Shown piece by piece: positions 9,751 through 20,559 of a stretch of 64,000 nucleotides of DNA. Position 1 is the stretch's first letter. Each line of letters begins with the position of its first letter. This stretch comes from Cyanophora paradoxa CCMP329. Lineage: Eukaryota; Plantae; Glaucophyta. The notes under the pieces were generated by a model. The model searched no databases. It saw nothing but the letters and a program-made list of their open reading frames with translations, and was not told where the DNA came from. The DNA lies in NCBI GenBank assembly GCA_004431415.1, contig QPMI01000441.1:1-64000 (forward strand), given 5' to 3'. The position numbers were made by a program, and so were the translations under genes.

Positions 9751-10797
9751 TTATAATCTACTGATGAGATGCCCCCCAAAACAGGTAATACCTTGTATTG
9801 TAGCATCATATTGCATGGACGATGTCCAGGTTTGTATAACATTCACAAATTCGTTCGCATATACAGCAAAAGAAGCCTCCATATGAACACTTCGCCTTCC
9901 ATTGTAAGTTGAAAATTCTTGAACCGATTGAGGGGAAAGAGCCAAATCATTCTTTCTAAATGCAACTCTACACTCCCCTGTTGATGAAGCTGTTGACATT
10001 TGAACAATGAAGAAGAATCTATAAATTCCGGACACAGGTGCTGTAAAGGTGCCTGTGGATAATGTGATATTATTGCTTGCATCCACAAGAGTTCTGTTAA
10101 AAGCGAATCTTCTTGCTGTTGATGTGGTTCCCACAGTAACTGCTGATGTTGAATAATTTACAATACAAAACCGAGGGTGAGGAGCTTTCAGATATTTAAT
10201 TAGATTTATTGAAGGGGAAACATTGTTTATGGTTGCTGTAACCACTGCATTTCTCTTGATATTGAGTGCATTCGATGATTCAATTTCAGGTGTGTTTAAC
10301 ATTGTGGAAAAGACACCAACACCAACTGAAAAACTACTCGCATTATAAGCACCCTCAAAATTTATTGGACTCTCAAACATTCCACTTCCAGCATTTAGTA
10401 TGGATGCTGTTACTGTTCCATTCACCTTTAATGCCTCTCCAAAGTATGCTCCTCCACTCTTGACTACAAGAGCGGAAGTATTACTTGTGTTACCAAAAGA
10501 AACTATCTGTGCTGTGGTAAATCCACCTACATTATCATATATTGCTGAATCTGGGACTACTTGACCTGCTTGAACCTGATTTGTATTCGAGATAATAATT
10601 CCTGTGGTTCTTATCTTGCCTCCATTCCTATCACATCGAATTTCTTTGACTCTGAGTATATTATTCTCTGTGAAAGAGGTATTACTTGAAGTTTCAGTAC
10701 AAATATACCCAGGGGTTGAATCAACTACTCCATGAGAGGTGCTGTGCAGTGATTTGGCTGCAAGTTCATAGTTTGGGATTTCTAATAGAGAGGTCAT
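9751..10797 (-). CDS. Fibre-like paralog 4 with a C1q-like C-terminal domain
   Basis: EIRCDRNGGKIRTT and ALVVKSGGAYFG; FAFN...GTFTAPVSGIYRFFF...CFGGHLI (C1q signature). Confidence 0.8.
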   Translation of the reverse strand: MTSLLEIPNYELAAKSLHSTSHGVVDSTPGYICTETSSNTSFTENNILRVKEIRCDRNGGKIRTTGIIISNTNQVQAGQVVPDSAIYDNVGGFTTAQIVSFGNTSNTSALVVKSGGAYFGEALKVNGTVTASILNAGSGMFESPINFEGAYNASSFSVGVGVFSTMLNTPEIESSNALNIKRNAVVTATINNVSPSINLIKYLKAPHPRFCIVNYSTSAVTVGTTSTARRFAFNRTLVDASNNITLSTGTFTAPVSGIYRFFFIVQMSTASSTGECRVAFRKNDLALSPQSVQEFSTYNGRRSVHMEASFAVYANEFVNVIQTWTSSMQYDATIQGITCFGGHLISRL

Positions 10798-10816
10798 CTT
10801 TATATTAATCAAATAG

Positions 10817-13388
10817 TTAAATTGCGACAGCAATGTAATGGATTGTTACAGTTTTGGATGAATTATTCATTGCATATGGATCAGTGAAAAGTTCACAAGT
10901 GAAATAGTTACTGTAAACATTCAACAGGTTCACAGTAAAAATGACGGGAGTTACTTGATAATTTGGTTCTTGTCCTTCATGCCTTACAGTTGCTGTAACA
11001 ACAGGAGGAGAAGCAAAGGCATTGGTAAAATAGATAGTAAGATTGAACACATATAGATTATTGTAATTTAAAACAGGAGTAGTGTAAACATACTTACCTG
11101 CTTGAATTTTCCCATTAAAATATGCATTGAGTTGACTGGAAAGATCTGCTTCTGTAATGCATCGACTGATGGTCGCATTATTTGAGGGGTTCATAGCATA
11201 GAAATTCCTTGCATATGCATTTCCACGAACAAGTAAGGTTTTATCAAAGTAATTCTGCGAATTGTGGAAGAACCATGTTTCTTCAAACATAGGTCCTGCT
11301 GGTTCTACAATCTGACCTGATCCTACATACATCGTGTTGTTGGCTCTAATAGTGGTTGCTGTGAATGGATCAAGAGTAGGTCGATCTGTAATATCTCCCC
11401 AAAGGTGTGTGTGAGCAAAATCTGTAATTTGAGACTTAGTATGAGTATGAGCAAAGTCTGTAATCTCACCTTTGGTGTGAGTGTGTGCAAAATCTGTTAT
11501 CTCACTCTTTACATGGGTGTGAGCAAAGTCTGTAATCTCTCCTTTGGTGTGAGTGTGTGCAAAATCTGTTATCTGTGACTTTGTGTGAGTGTGTGCGAAA
11601 TCTGTGATTTCAGATTTAAAATGAGTGTGAGCGAAATTCGTGATATCTGCTCTGGTGTGGAAGTGAGCAAAATCTGTTATCTGGGATTTGGTGTGAGTGT
11701 GTGCAAAATCTATAATTTCTGCCTTTGTGTGGGTGTGTGATCTATTATTCAGATCAAGGAAACTACCTGAGTATGCAACAGGGTGTAAATTGGATGGGTG
11801 GGTTTATTGAGGAGATCATTATAATCTCCTGTGAAAGAGATCGTTTTCAGTTCACCCCTTCCAACATAATCAGAAGGTAGGTCAATCTTAATGGGCATAA
11901 TAGCTGGATCATCTGGGATCTCATACTCACCTCCTGGATGTACAACTGGAAGGTTTGATTACTTTCAGTGTGGACAAAGAAGTTACATGCTGTCACTGTT
12001 CCATCAATTATTCCACCTGTGAGAGGGAGGTAATCACCTGTCACACCAATATTAATACCTGCAATAATTGTATTCAGTTCTGTTTCATCTATGTAGTTTT
12101 GGGCTTGAAGGTAATCCTCTGTTACCACTCTTGATATGGTCTCATTGTGAATATTCTTTGCTGCTGCCCTTTGATTGATTTCTAAAACTCCCTCACCAAC
12201 TCCACCATTATAATTCGTTTTTATCCATGAGATTTCGCATCTCTTGTAGTCATCTCGATTTCCAATGAGAGCATTGGGTAACAATCTCTCTCTGCTGAAT
12301 ATTAATTTGGGTCTTGAACTATCTAAGTCACTAACATCAGTTACATTAATTTGGATTGCTGCATCTTTGTCATCATAGTTTGCTGGATCAGATGGTAGAG
12401 AGATCAATCCTCCTGTCATTGGATGTCATCTGCATAGTAACTGGTTAAATAGATACCTGGTTTGGTGTCCATCAAACCGAAATTTCCGCCTGCTGCAATT
12501 ATCTGCATCCTTGTAGGGGTCTGATGTATAATTCACCCTGCATTTTGGTTCCTGCATCTATTCCTTTGAGATTCAGGTAATATTCATCTAATCTTAATCT
12601 CTCTGGTATGATATTACTTTGGTAGAGAGTAACACCATGTAAGGTGTCGAAATCATCACCTGCTGATGCGAATTTTGGTTGTTCATCTATTTCGCTCCAT
12701 TTATGTCTGTGATCTTCTGGTGGAAACTCTTCTGGTTTTCCATCAATATCACCCCAGTCATGCCTGTGATCCTCTGGTGGGAATTTGTCTGGTTTACCTA
12801 ATATCTCATCCCAGTCATGGTTGTGATCCTCTGGTGGAAATCTGGCTGGTTTATTGTTGATCTGCTCCCAATCTGGGAAGAATTCCCAAATCTCTGGGCG
12901 AAATCCATCTGGTAATAATTCTTCATGGGGTTCATATGGTTGCTCATAATCAACAACTGGTGGTTGGAGACCATCTGCTAAATATTCCTCATGGGGTTCA
13001 TAATTCTGTTCATACTCATACTCTTGTGGATCTAAACCATCTGGTAGATACTCTTCCTCATTGGGGTCATACTGATCATATTCATACTCTTGTGGGTCGA
13101 AACCATCTGGTAAATATTCTTCCTCATCTGGGACGAATTGGTATTCATCAAGCTCCAAAATATCGATTTCAGGAGGTAAATATTGCTCATCTATTTGCTT
13201 TCTTGGTTCAATTATCGGTTTATTTCGAACTTGCTCCCAACTCACAATGTGTTGCCCAAAGGGAACTGTCTCATCTGCTGTGTATTCTCTTCCTGGTTGC
13301 TTTTTTGGTGTTAAATCTGGTGGATCCCATGGAAGAGGGAAGGGAACTGGGACAGGTCCATAATACTCAAAGATCTCTCTGATGGTAC
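10817..13388 (-). CDS. Long repetitive fibre protein, 5'-truncated and frameshifted (ORF pieces 12499-13388, 11847-12419, 10817-11790)
   Basis: EEYLPDG and PPEDHxHxWxxIxxKP repeats, YLPLTGG, TGDYNDLLNKP, ~10x HTHTKSEITDFA, and a C-terminal IQAG..FTNAFASPPVV (H-type-lectin/gp53-like) domain. Confidence 0.72.
11380..11738 (-). repeat. 36-bp coding tandem repeat (HTHTKSEITDFA, about 10 units)
   Basis: Repeated GTGTGAGTGTGTGCAAAATCTGT units; not called by the ORF track. Confidence 0.9.
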
Positions 13389-13397
13389 TAGCCGCAG

Positions 13398-14790
13398 GAC
13401 GAGGTCCAGCTGGCCGGCCCGGACCGCCTCCGCCTCCTCGACCTCGCCGACAACAAATCTCGTCCATCCTCGGCGCGCCGCGCCGCCTTCGGTCCCGCCG
13501 CGTCGCGTCGCGCGCGGCCGCCAGCTGCAGCTGACAGGGCCCGTGGCGCCGGCGGGCCGGCGCGCAGGGAAGAGCCTGGCGCCGCTCGCGAAGCTGGATG
13601 TGCTGTTCCTCGACGGCAACGGGCTCAAGGCGCTCCCGCCGGAGATCGGGCGCCTCACAAACCTGCGCACCCTCGGCTTGAACCGGAACAAGTGCGCCGC
13701 CCGCCCGCCCTTTGCCCGCCTGCCCCCGACCGAGCGCGCCGCGCCGCGCCACAGGCTTGCGCACATCCCGTCGAGCTGCGGTGCGCCGCGCCGCCGCCGC
13801 GCCGCCACGCCCACCGGCGCGGCGCGCCTCACGGCGGCGCCGGCGCGGCAGGAAGCTGGGCGTGGAGCGGAACGAGCTGGCGGCGCTGCCGGCGTCGCTG
13901 GGGGCGCTGACGGAGGCGCAGCCCGCCGACGAGCCTGGAGGCGCAGCCCGCCGACGAGATCGCCGCCGTCGGCCCCAAGAACGTCCACGAGCTCGACGTC
14001 GGCGGCAACCTAATCCGCTCCCTCCCCGGCCCGCCCGCCCCGCCCCGCCCCGCGCCGCCCCGCTCCGCCCCGCGCCGCGCCGCCCTGCTGACCGGGGCGT
14101 GAACGTGCACGCGCAGGGCCCGAGCTCGCGAAGCTGGTCAACCTCACCTGGCTGCGCCTCACGCACAACCTGTGCGCGCCCGCCGCCCGCACCGCCCGCC
14201 CTCCCCGCCCGGCCCCTAGCTATAGGCCTCGCGCTGAAGCCCGGCAGGCTGACAGAGCGCTAGCTGCCGCCGGAGCTGGGGCGGCTGACGCGGCTGCGGA
14301 CGCTCCTGCTGCGCGAGAAAAAGCTTTTCAGCCTGCCCTGCGAGGGCGGCGCCCTGGTCAACCTGCGCGAGCTTCGCCTCTCCGGGAACGGCCTGCAGCT
14401 GCGGGCCCTGCCCCCCGAGCTCGGCCGGCTGCCCCGGCTCGAGGTCCTGCACCTGTACCCCAACGAGCTCCTGCGGCTGCCCCCCGGCTGCCGCGAGGGC
14501 GACCCGCCCGAGGCCCTCCTCGAGTGCCTCCGCTCCCTCGCCGCCTCGCCCCGTGCGCCGCGCGCCCTCCGAGGCCCCGCCCCCGCCCTCGCCCGCCCCT
14601 CACCGCTCGCCGCAGAGTCCTCCTCCGGCCCCTTCGGCTCCCGCCTTCCGAAGTTCTGGTACCGGTGCGCCCCCCTTCCCTTCCTTCCCGGCGTGCTGGC
14701 CCCCGCCCGCGGCGAGCCGCCGACGTGGCGCCAGCGCTAGCAGCGCGGCCCGGGGCCGCTGGAGCTCGCCCCGGGGCGCCTCCGCCTTGC
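13398..14790 (+). pseudogene. Host leucine-rich-repeat gene fragment (multi-exon, degenerate)
   Basis: LDVLFLDGNGLKALPPEIGRLTNLRTLGLNRNK and LGVERNELAALPASLGAL; short GC-rich introns. 14260-14780 is similar to 24820-25320. Confidence 0.7.
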
Positions 14791-15055
14791 CAATGAGTGA
14801 GTACTAGTTGCCATTTCGCTCGCCGGACCTTGTCGAAACGCTAAGAAACAGCTGTATGTACCCCCCCTACGCATTAAAACGCATGAATTCGGTGCCGCAT
14901 TAATAGCCATTACAGGGGTCCGGGTCCAAAAACGCATTGATTATCCTTAATATTACTACCTACGGGGGGTTCGCCGGGGAACTTCGCCCCACCGTAGTCT
15001 CTTAAAAACAAAACCCGCATTAATTACTGGCGTACCCGGTAGTGTTACTGGGAGT

Positions 15056-15076
15056 GTTAGGGTTAGGGTTAGGGTT
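15056..15076 (+). repeat. Interstitial (TTAGGG)3 telomere-like repeat
   Basis: GTTAGGGTTAGGGTTAGGGTT. Confidence 0.6.
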
Positions 15077-15149
15077 GAGTGCCTAGTGCACTGCCTACCC
15101 CTATAGCTAATTACTTAGTATACGGTAGCCTCGCCCCGGGCTTTAAGAG

Positions 15150-15551
15150 GCGGCCAGCTGGCCGGTGGCACTGGCTTGGGCGCAGGCTTGAGGCTAGAGG
15201 TGGGGCTTGAGGGGGAGACTTGATGACATCAACAGCGCTTGTTATTAACAGGGGTTAACCGGTTATAAACCAGTTAGAAATGCGGGTTTATGTCACGGCT
15301 TTGATTTAACAGGGCGGGCTCCAAGGCTGGCCGGCTGGCCAGCCTGGCCGACGAAGAGGCTGGCCGCCAGCTGGCCGGCCAAGTTTAGGCTGGAGGCTGG
15401 CGGCCAGCCCCGGCCCGGGCCAGCCCGGCCCAGCGGCCGAACTTCGGCGGCTTGCAATTGGGCTGGGCCGCCGGCCAATGCGAGACCCGGGACCACCTCA
15501 GACCCCCGCCGGGCCCCGGCCAGCCTGCGCCGGCCCTGCGGCAGTGCCCTA
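15150..15551. mobile_element. Degenerate copy of the hAT-like MITE family at 28144-28612
   Basis: Shares GTGGGGCTTGAGGGG..CTTGAT and CCAGCTGGCCGGCCAAGTTT blocks and ends in CAGTGCCCTA; no TSD seen. Confidence 0.55.
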
Positions 15552-15768
15552 AGCACTGCCCTTAGCTGCCCTATCGATATCATAGTATATAACTTATCCA
15601 GGCCTAGGTGGGCCGAATCGTCACGGCGTGCACGATGCAAAGAGGGCCATTGAGACTGATTGAGTCAGTGGCATGGACATTGGACACCCGGTGACCCATT
15701 GTCACTGATTTAATTTGTCAGAGCTCGAGGCTGCGCAGTGCGCATGCAGAGCTCCAAGCCTCCGAGGC

Positions 15769-16273
15769 TAGGGTTGCCAGTGACTTGCCACTTACGACTT
15801 ACAGACTTACGCGTAAGTCCGTAAGTGTAAGTGGCGACTTACACTTACGGGCCCCCGAAATGGGACTTACGGCCGTAAGTCGTAAGTCCCCATGGGGATA
15901 CCCCCTGCGAGCAGCAAAAAGAGCGTAGATTTAAGTTAAAATCGATCTAAATCGAGTAGATTTGCACATCTTACAGATTCAGCCGTGCTTTTAGGCCTCT
16001 GAACGGGGTGAGAAGATCCCGTAACGGGCCTCCGGTGGTCATGGTGTCTATCTGGGATGGCACTTTTACTGCTTAAACAAGCCCCATTCCTTCCCAAACA
16101 CACCGAAAAAGACTGAAGACAATCTATCTCGCAGATTGAGACGTGTTTTCTGTGGTTTCTGGCCGACTTACGGCCGACTTACGGCGGACTTACGACTTAC
16201 ACTTACACTTACACTTACACTTAAATAAGCTTACGGCGGGTTTTGGGGACTAACGCCGTAAGTGGCAACCCTA
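15769..16273. mobile_element. hAT-type MITE, family A, copy 1
   Basis: TIR TAGGGTTGCCA...TGGCAACCCTA, 8-bp TSD TCCGAGGC, subterminal ACTTAC/GTAAGT repeats. Confidence 0.92.
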
Positions 16274-19200
16274 TCCGAGGCTCCGCCGCTCCGACCGTCG
16301 GACTCAGCCTCCGAGGAAAAAAGGTAGTCGGCGCCTGCTCTTAGGAGGCCGATCGACTCTCATGTACGTGAATCCTCCACTCCAGTTGAAGGAACACCGA
16401 CTGTTGAGCCAATAGGAGCTCGAGATTATAAACCGCGCATCAATTAATATTCCGGTACCGTTGAACTTTCACGTTTTTAATTTCGGAACGGACGACTCAC
16501 GAACGTATACGTGTAAGTTACGGTGTAACAGGAAAATACCAGCTCGGAAATTGTACCGCGGCCGTGTAACACGACTACCGTGTACCGGTAGTACCGTCAC
16601 AGTACTACCGTGGCCACTACCACGTGTAACACGACTACCGTGTAGTACACGTCACAGTAGTAATTATTTTCAGGCCACTAAACAGGCGGGTTAAAGGCCA
16701 AACCCCGGGATTACGTATAATAATTAACAGGGTCTTAAATATTTCCCGACTATTAATTATAGTCGGTACTGCGGCAGAATCCGTGGAAGCATTGCCAAGT
16801 TGCCAAGTTGGAAGGACTCCCGGGATCCAATATTTAATTTCATCCAGATCATCGTCCCCAGTCCTGAATCACGCCGGCGGTCAGACGGACTCAGACCCCT
16901 GATATACCGTATACTATGATAGTTAGCGCATATACCGGTAGCTCCTTCAAGCCTCCTTGCAATCGGGCCCGGGTGCGCATGCTTTCGAATTCGCGCGACG
17001 AGGTAGAACTCGTAGGAGTATTAATATTGCCAGCTTGGTAGGATCCCCAGTCCTGATCGTTAGCTCCTTGTAATCGGGTGCGCATGCTTTCGAGTTCGCA
17101 CGAGATTTCGAATTCTCGTTGTTAGAATTAGCGATAGCGCGCTTCTTACACGTGCACCTTGATCAGCTACAGGAGCACGAGATGATCATGAATATGGACC
17201 AGGATCCCGCGCCATGCGACGCCCTCGAAGCGATGCCCGGCACCTTGATCGAGAAGGTAATCATATATAAACGCTTCGTTACAATCACCGCTGCTAGGCT
17301 AGATCTGCTGCACTTGCTGCTCGTGTTCTGCGCGCAGCTGATGCCGCCAACCCTCAGGGGACGTACGAGCTCCCATTCTCGTACGTATATATGCGCCGCG
17401 GCGCGTTTCTTGCGCACTAGAGGCATTTGTGGTGTATATATGCGTATACGTACGCGGCCGTGACTGTCGACGTCACAGGGAGGTGGGAAAGATCCGGTCC
17501 TCGGGCTCAGAGGAGGTGTGTCCATGCGCGCTTCCATGAAACCGTTGAACGCTTCGGATCTAGACAGCCGCCTGCGTCTTCTATAGCTAATAACGCCCTG
17601 GCCGCTCCTGAACTAACCGGCCCTCTCATCTGCAGTACCACGGCTCGGGCGCGTACAAGCTCCCCGCGACCTTGACTCAAACTTACACGTGCGTATATAT
17701 TATGGTAGCTATAGCCAGATTTAGACTTTGCCAAAAGTTGAGACGACCGATTGCAACTGCATATGCCCTGTACCTATCCATCCTGTGTCCCACATGCATA
17801 TGCATGTGCTACACGTGCACAGCGATAGGTCTTCGTATATATATTCGAAATCGCGGGATTCCGGTACCCCGGAAAATTGCGCGAAGGCCCGCGGGCGAGT
17901 AAGCCGGCGCAGTGGGGCTTCCCCAACGAGGGTGCCTGCCAGCACTGCACGTGGCCGGTCCCAAAACTCGCGGCGCCGACGCCCAACGACCAGCACGGCC
18001 CGAACGCGCAAAGTAGGTCCGCCGGGCGGGCAACGACAGCCGCAGCGACACCACAGACATCTAGAAGAGCAGCTGCGCCCCTGTTGGCGCCGCGACTCGC
18101 GCCAGCTCCCGCGGTAACGTGTTTAAACGGGCCGGTCCCCGCCGCCTTCTCCTGCCACTCCGAGCGCGCCCGAGAGACGCCACACAACATCTAGAGCCAA
18201 CATACGCTCGTTTAAGCTCCCGTCCTCGCTCCGCCCGCCTTCCCGCCAACGCATGCCACCCGCGCATGCGCGGCTCGCCTGAGCTCACGCCCACAGCGCA
18301 CGACGCACAACTCGACTCGACTCCGCGCAGTCGGACGCGCGGCTCCGCCAACGCACCCGGCTCCGCTGCCGCCGATCATGCGGGACCCTCCCCGCGCCCG
18401 TCGCTCACGCCCTCCGCCCGCGCCCCTCCTCTATGAACTCTGACGCCGGCCCCGTACGGCCACAGAGCACGCCGGCGCCGGCGGCCCGTGCGCGGGGCCG
18501 CCCACGCCAGCACGACACTCAAGAACCACGGGGCCGCGTCCCCCCGCTCACTTGGCTCTCCGTGACGCGTGCGCGACGCTCGCAGGCCTCTGGCGGGACG
18601 CGGAGCAAGCGCCCCAAGACGCGGCGGTGGACAGAGCCCCGAGCTGTGATGCCGCCTCTGCTGGCGCCGCTGGCGCCGGCATGCAAGCCGACGACCCCTA
18701 CGTATACCCGGGCGCATGAGCACTCAAACGCTCGCCCAGCTACCACCGCGGGGTCTGAGCCAGACGGCGCTCGCCTGCCTCAGGGCCCGGCCTCGCCGGG
18801 ACCCGCCCTCGTGGGGTCCGAGCCTGATGGCGCTCGCCCACCATCGGACCCGGAATCCCCGGGCTCCGTCGAAGACTTCCCAGCGGCGGGCAGTGCGTCC
18901 CCGGCGGTCGCTGCCAGGCCCCGCGCCGCCCGCCCCTCATGCCCGCCGGTCCCCCTCCCACGAGGCGACTGGTCCCCTTGACACCCCCCCGGGCCCGCGA
19001 TGCAAGCCTCCTATACGGTCGGCGAGCTTGAGGGGCGCCTGCGATATCGATATACACACGAATAAGTCGGCCCCCGTCTGCTTTGGGATGCCCTTAAAAG
19101 CGTGGCCCCCTAGTGGAGCAATTCGAAAGATTTTAACTGCACGAGGGAGCTGGGCACCCTCGCTCGAGCTCGAACTTGCATGCCAGTGCACAGGCCTGTA

Positions 19201-19429
19201 GCAGCCATTATGCAAATCTCTCAGAGTCTAAACGTTTAACAAGAGAACTAGGACAGGGTCCGCGTACGGTATATATATACTGCATGCGGACATCACCGCC
19301 CAGTCCCGCAAGCGCGCGATTGAGCGCTTCGGCCCCGACGCCGTCAAGAAGCGCAAGGGCGGTGCCGCCGCCCCCGCCCCCGCCGCCGCAGCCGCCGCGG
19401 CCGCCCCCGCTGCTGCCGCCAACGCCGCC

Positions 19430-19471
<42 letters not shown>

Positions 19472-20559
19472 CCGGCGCCGGCCGCCGCTCCCGCGCCCGC
19501 CCCGGGCCCGGCCCCCGCCCCCGGCCCCGGCCGGCCACCATCTCGCTCACCAACTACCAGGCGGCCCAGCGCGTGCTTGCCGAGCTCACCTCGGCCCTCG
19601 GGGGCCCCGCCGCCATCGAGGCCCTCCTGGCCGGCCGCCGGGCGGCCGCCGCCGACAACGCGGCAGCGTAGACCTCCCCTCTCTTTTTGATCTCAAAGGC
19701 CTCGGCCCCTTTACCCTTTCGGCCTCAGTTTTCTTTTCACCTTTCTCTCTTTACAATCCGCGGTAGCATGACTGCCGAAGAAGGGGGCTTCTTGACGAGC
19801 CCACCACCCCCTCTCTCTGAGTTAGATAGCTCCATGAAGCAATGTCACCTCCCTACCCCCCCCCCGCGTATAGTCCTGCCCACTTGCGGGCCCCCCCCCC
19901 CCCCCCCCCCCTAAAGCTCTTCCCCTGGCCCCGAGGCTAGCGACAGACTAGCCCCACGGCCGGTACCCCCGCCACGCCCCTCTGTCCCCCGACTTCACTA
20001 GGGCGCCTACCCCGCCCGAAACCGACCGCCCCCGCAGCCCCTCCCGATAATGCCTCTTCCCAGGACCACATAACCCCCGCGCCCCACACGCAATAAAAAT
20101 AAGGGGGCGCGCCCGCTACCCTAGCCCGCGTCGCCCCCACCCCCCCCTCCCCACCCCTCTCACCCGCCCGATAAGACTGGCCCCCTCGGCGCCGAACTCC
20201 ACGCACCTACCGTAGTACACTCAAGAACACGACAAACGACCCCCTACCACGCCTCCCCCTACAAGAGAAACGCTCAGCCGTAGCGTCGAAGCGCCTATCC
20301 CTGTGTTCCGGCCTCAGGTTATGCTCTGACCCAGAGTTCGGCCATTTCCGAACCGGTAGTGCGTACGATAATGTTACTGAACAAATACAATCGCCACCGC
20401 CCTTGATATGGGCTTTGTGAAAAAATATTCGAAATCGCGCCTACGCGTATATATACTTATATATATATATATCGAGCGACATATATATGGATGATCTTGA
20501 TTTGCGTCAATGCTGCGCGTCGACGTGCGAATGAGCTATGCATATGCTTGATGCGTGCG

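Larger units (their letters stand above)
105..13390. mobile_element. Endogenous DNA-virus-like element (Polinton-like virus, virophage or NCLDV-related; class unresolved), truncated at both outer edges
   Basis: Abrupt switch from very GC-rich host DNA to AT-rich, intron-free, gene-dense DNA at 104/105 and back at ~13390. Encodes fibre-like proteins, AdoMetDC, a DUF723-like protein and a primase fragment, and has structured termini. Confidence 0.85.

Noticed and set aside
11847-12419. MTGGLISL as a capsid-protein N-terminus
   Set aside because: It lies inside the frameshifted fibre gene and fits the common fibre MTG.L motif.
105-13390. Definite assignment as Polinton, virophage or NCLDV
   Set aside because: No MCP, packaging ATPase, pPolB, protease or integrase gene lies in the window.
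12499-14166. 555-aa ORF as a single protein
   Set aside because: Chimeric: the N-terminal half is antisense GC-rich host LRR sequence and only ~12499-13388 is viral coding sequence.
17700-20330. Genes or retroelement in the GC-rich, Pro/Ala-rich stretch
   Set aside because: Only low-complexity overlapping ORFs; no RT, gag or recombinase motif recognised.
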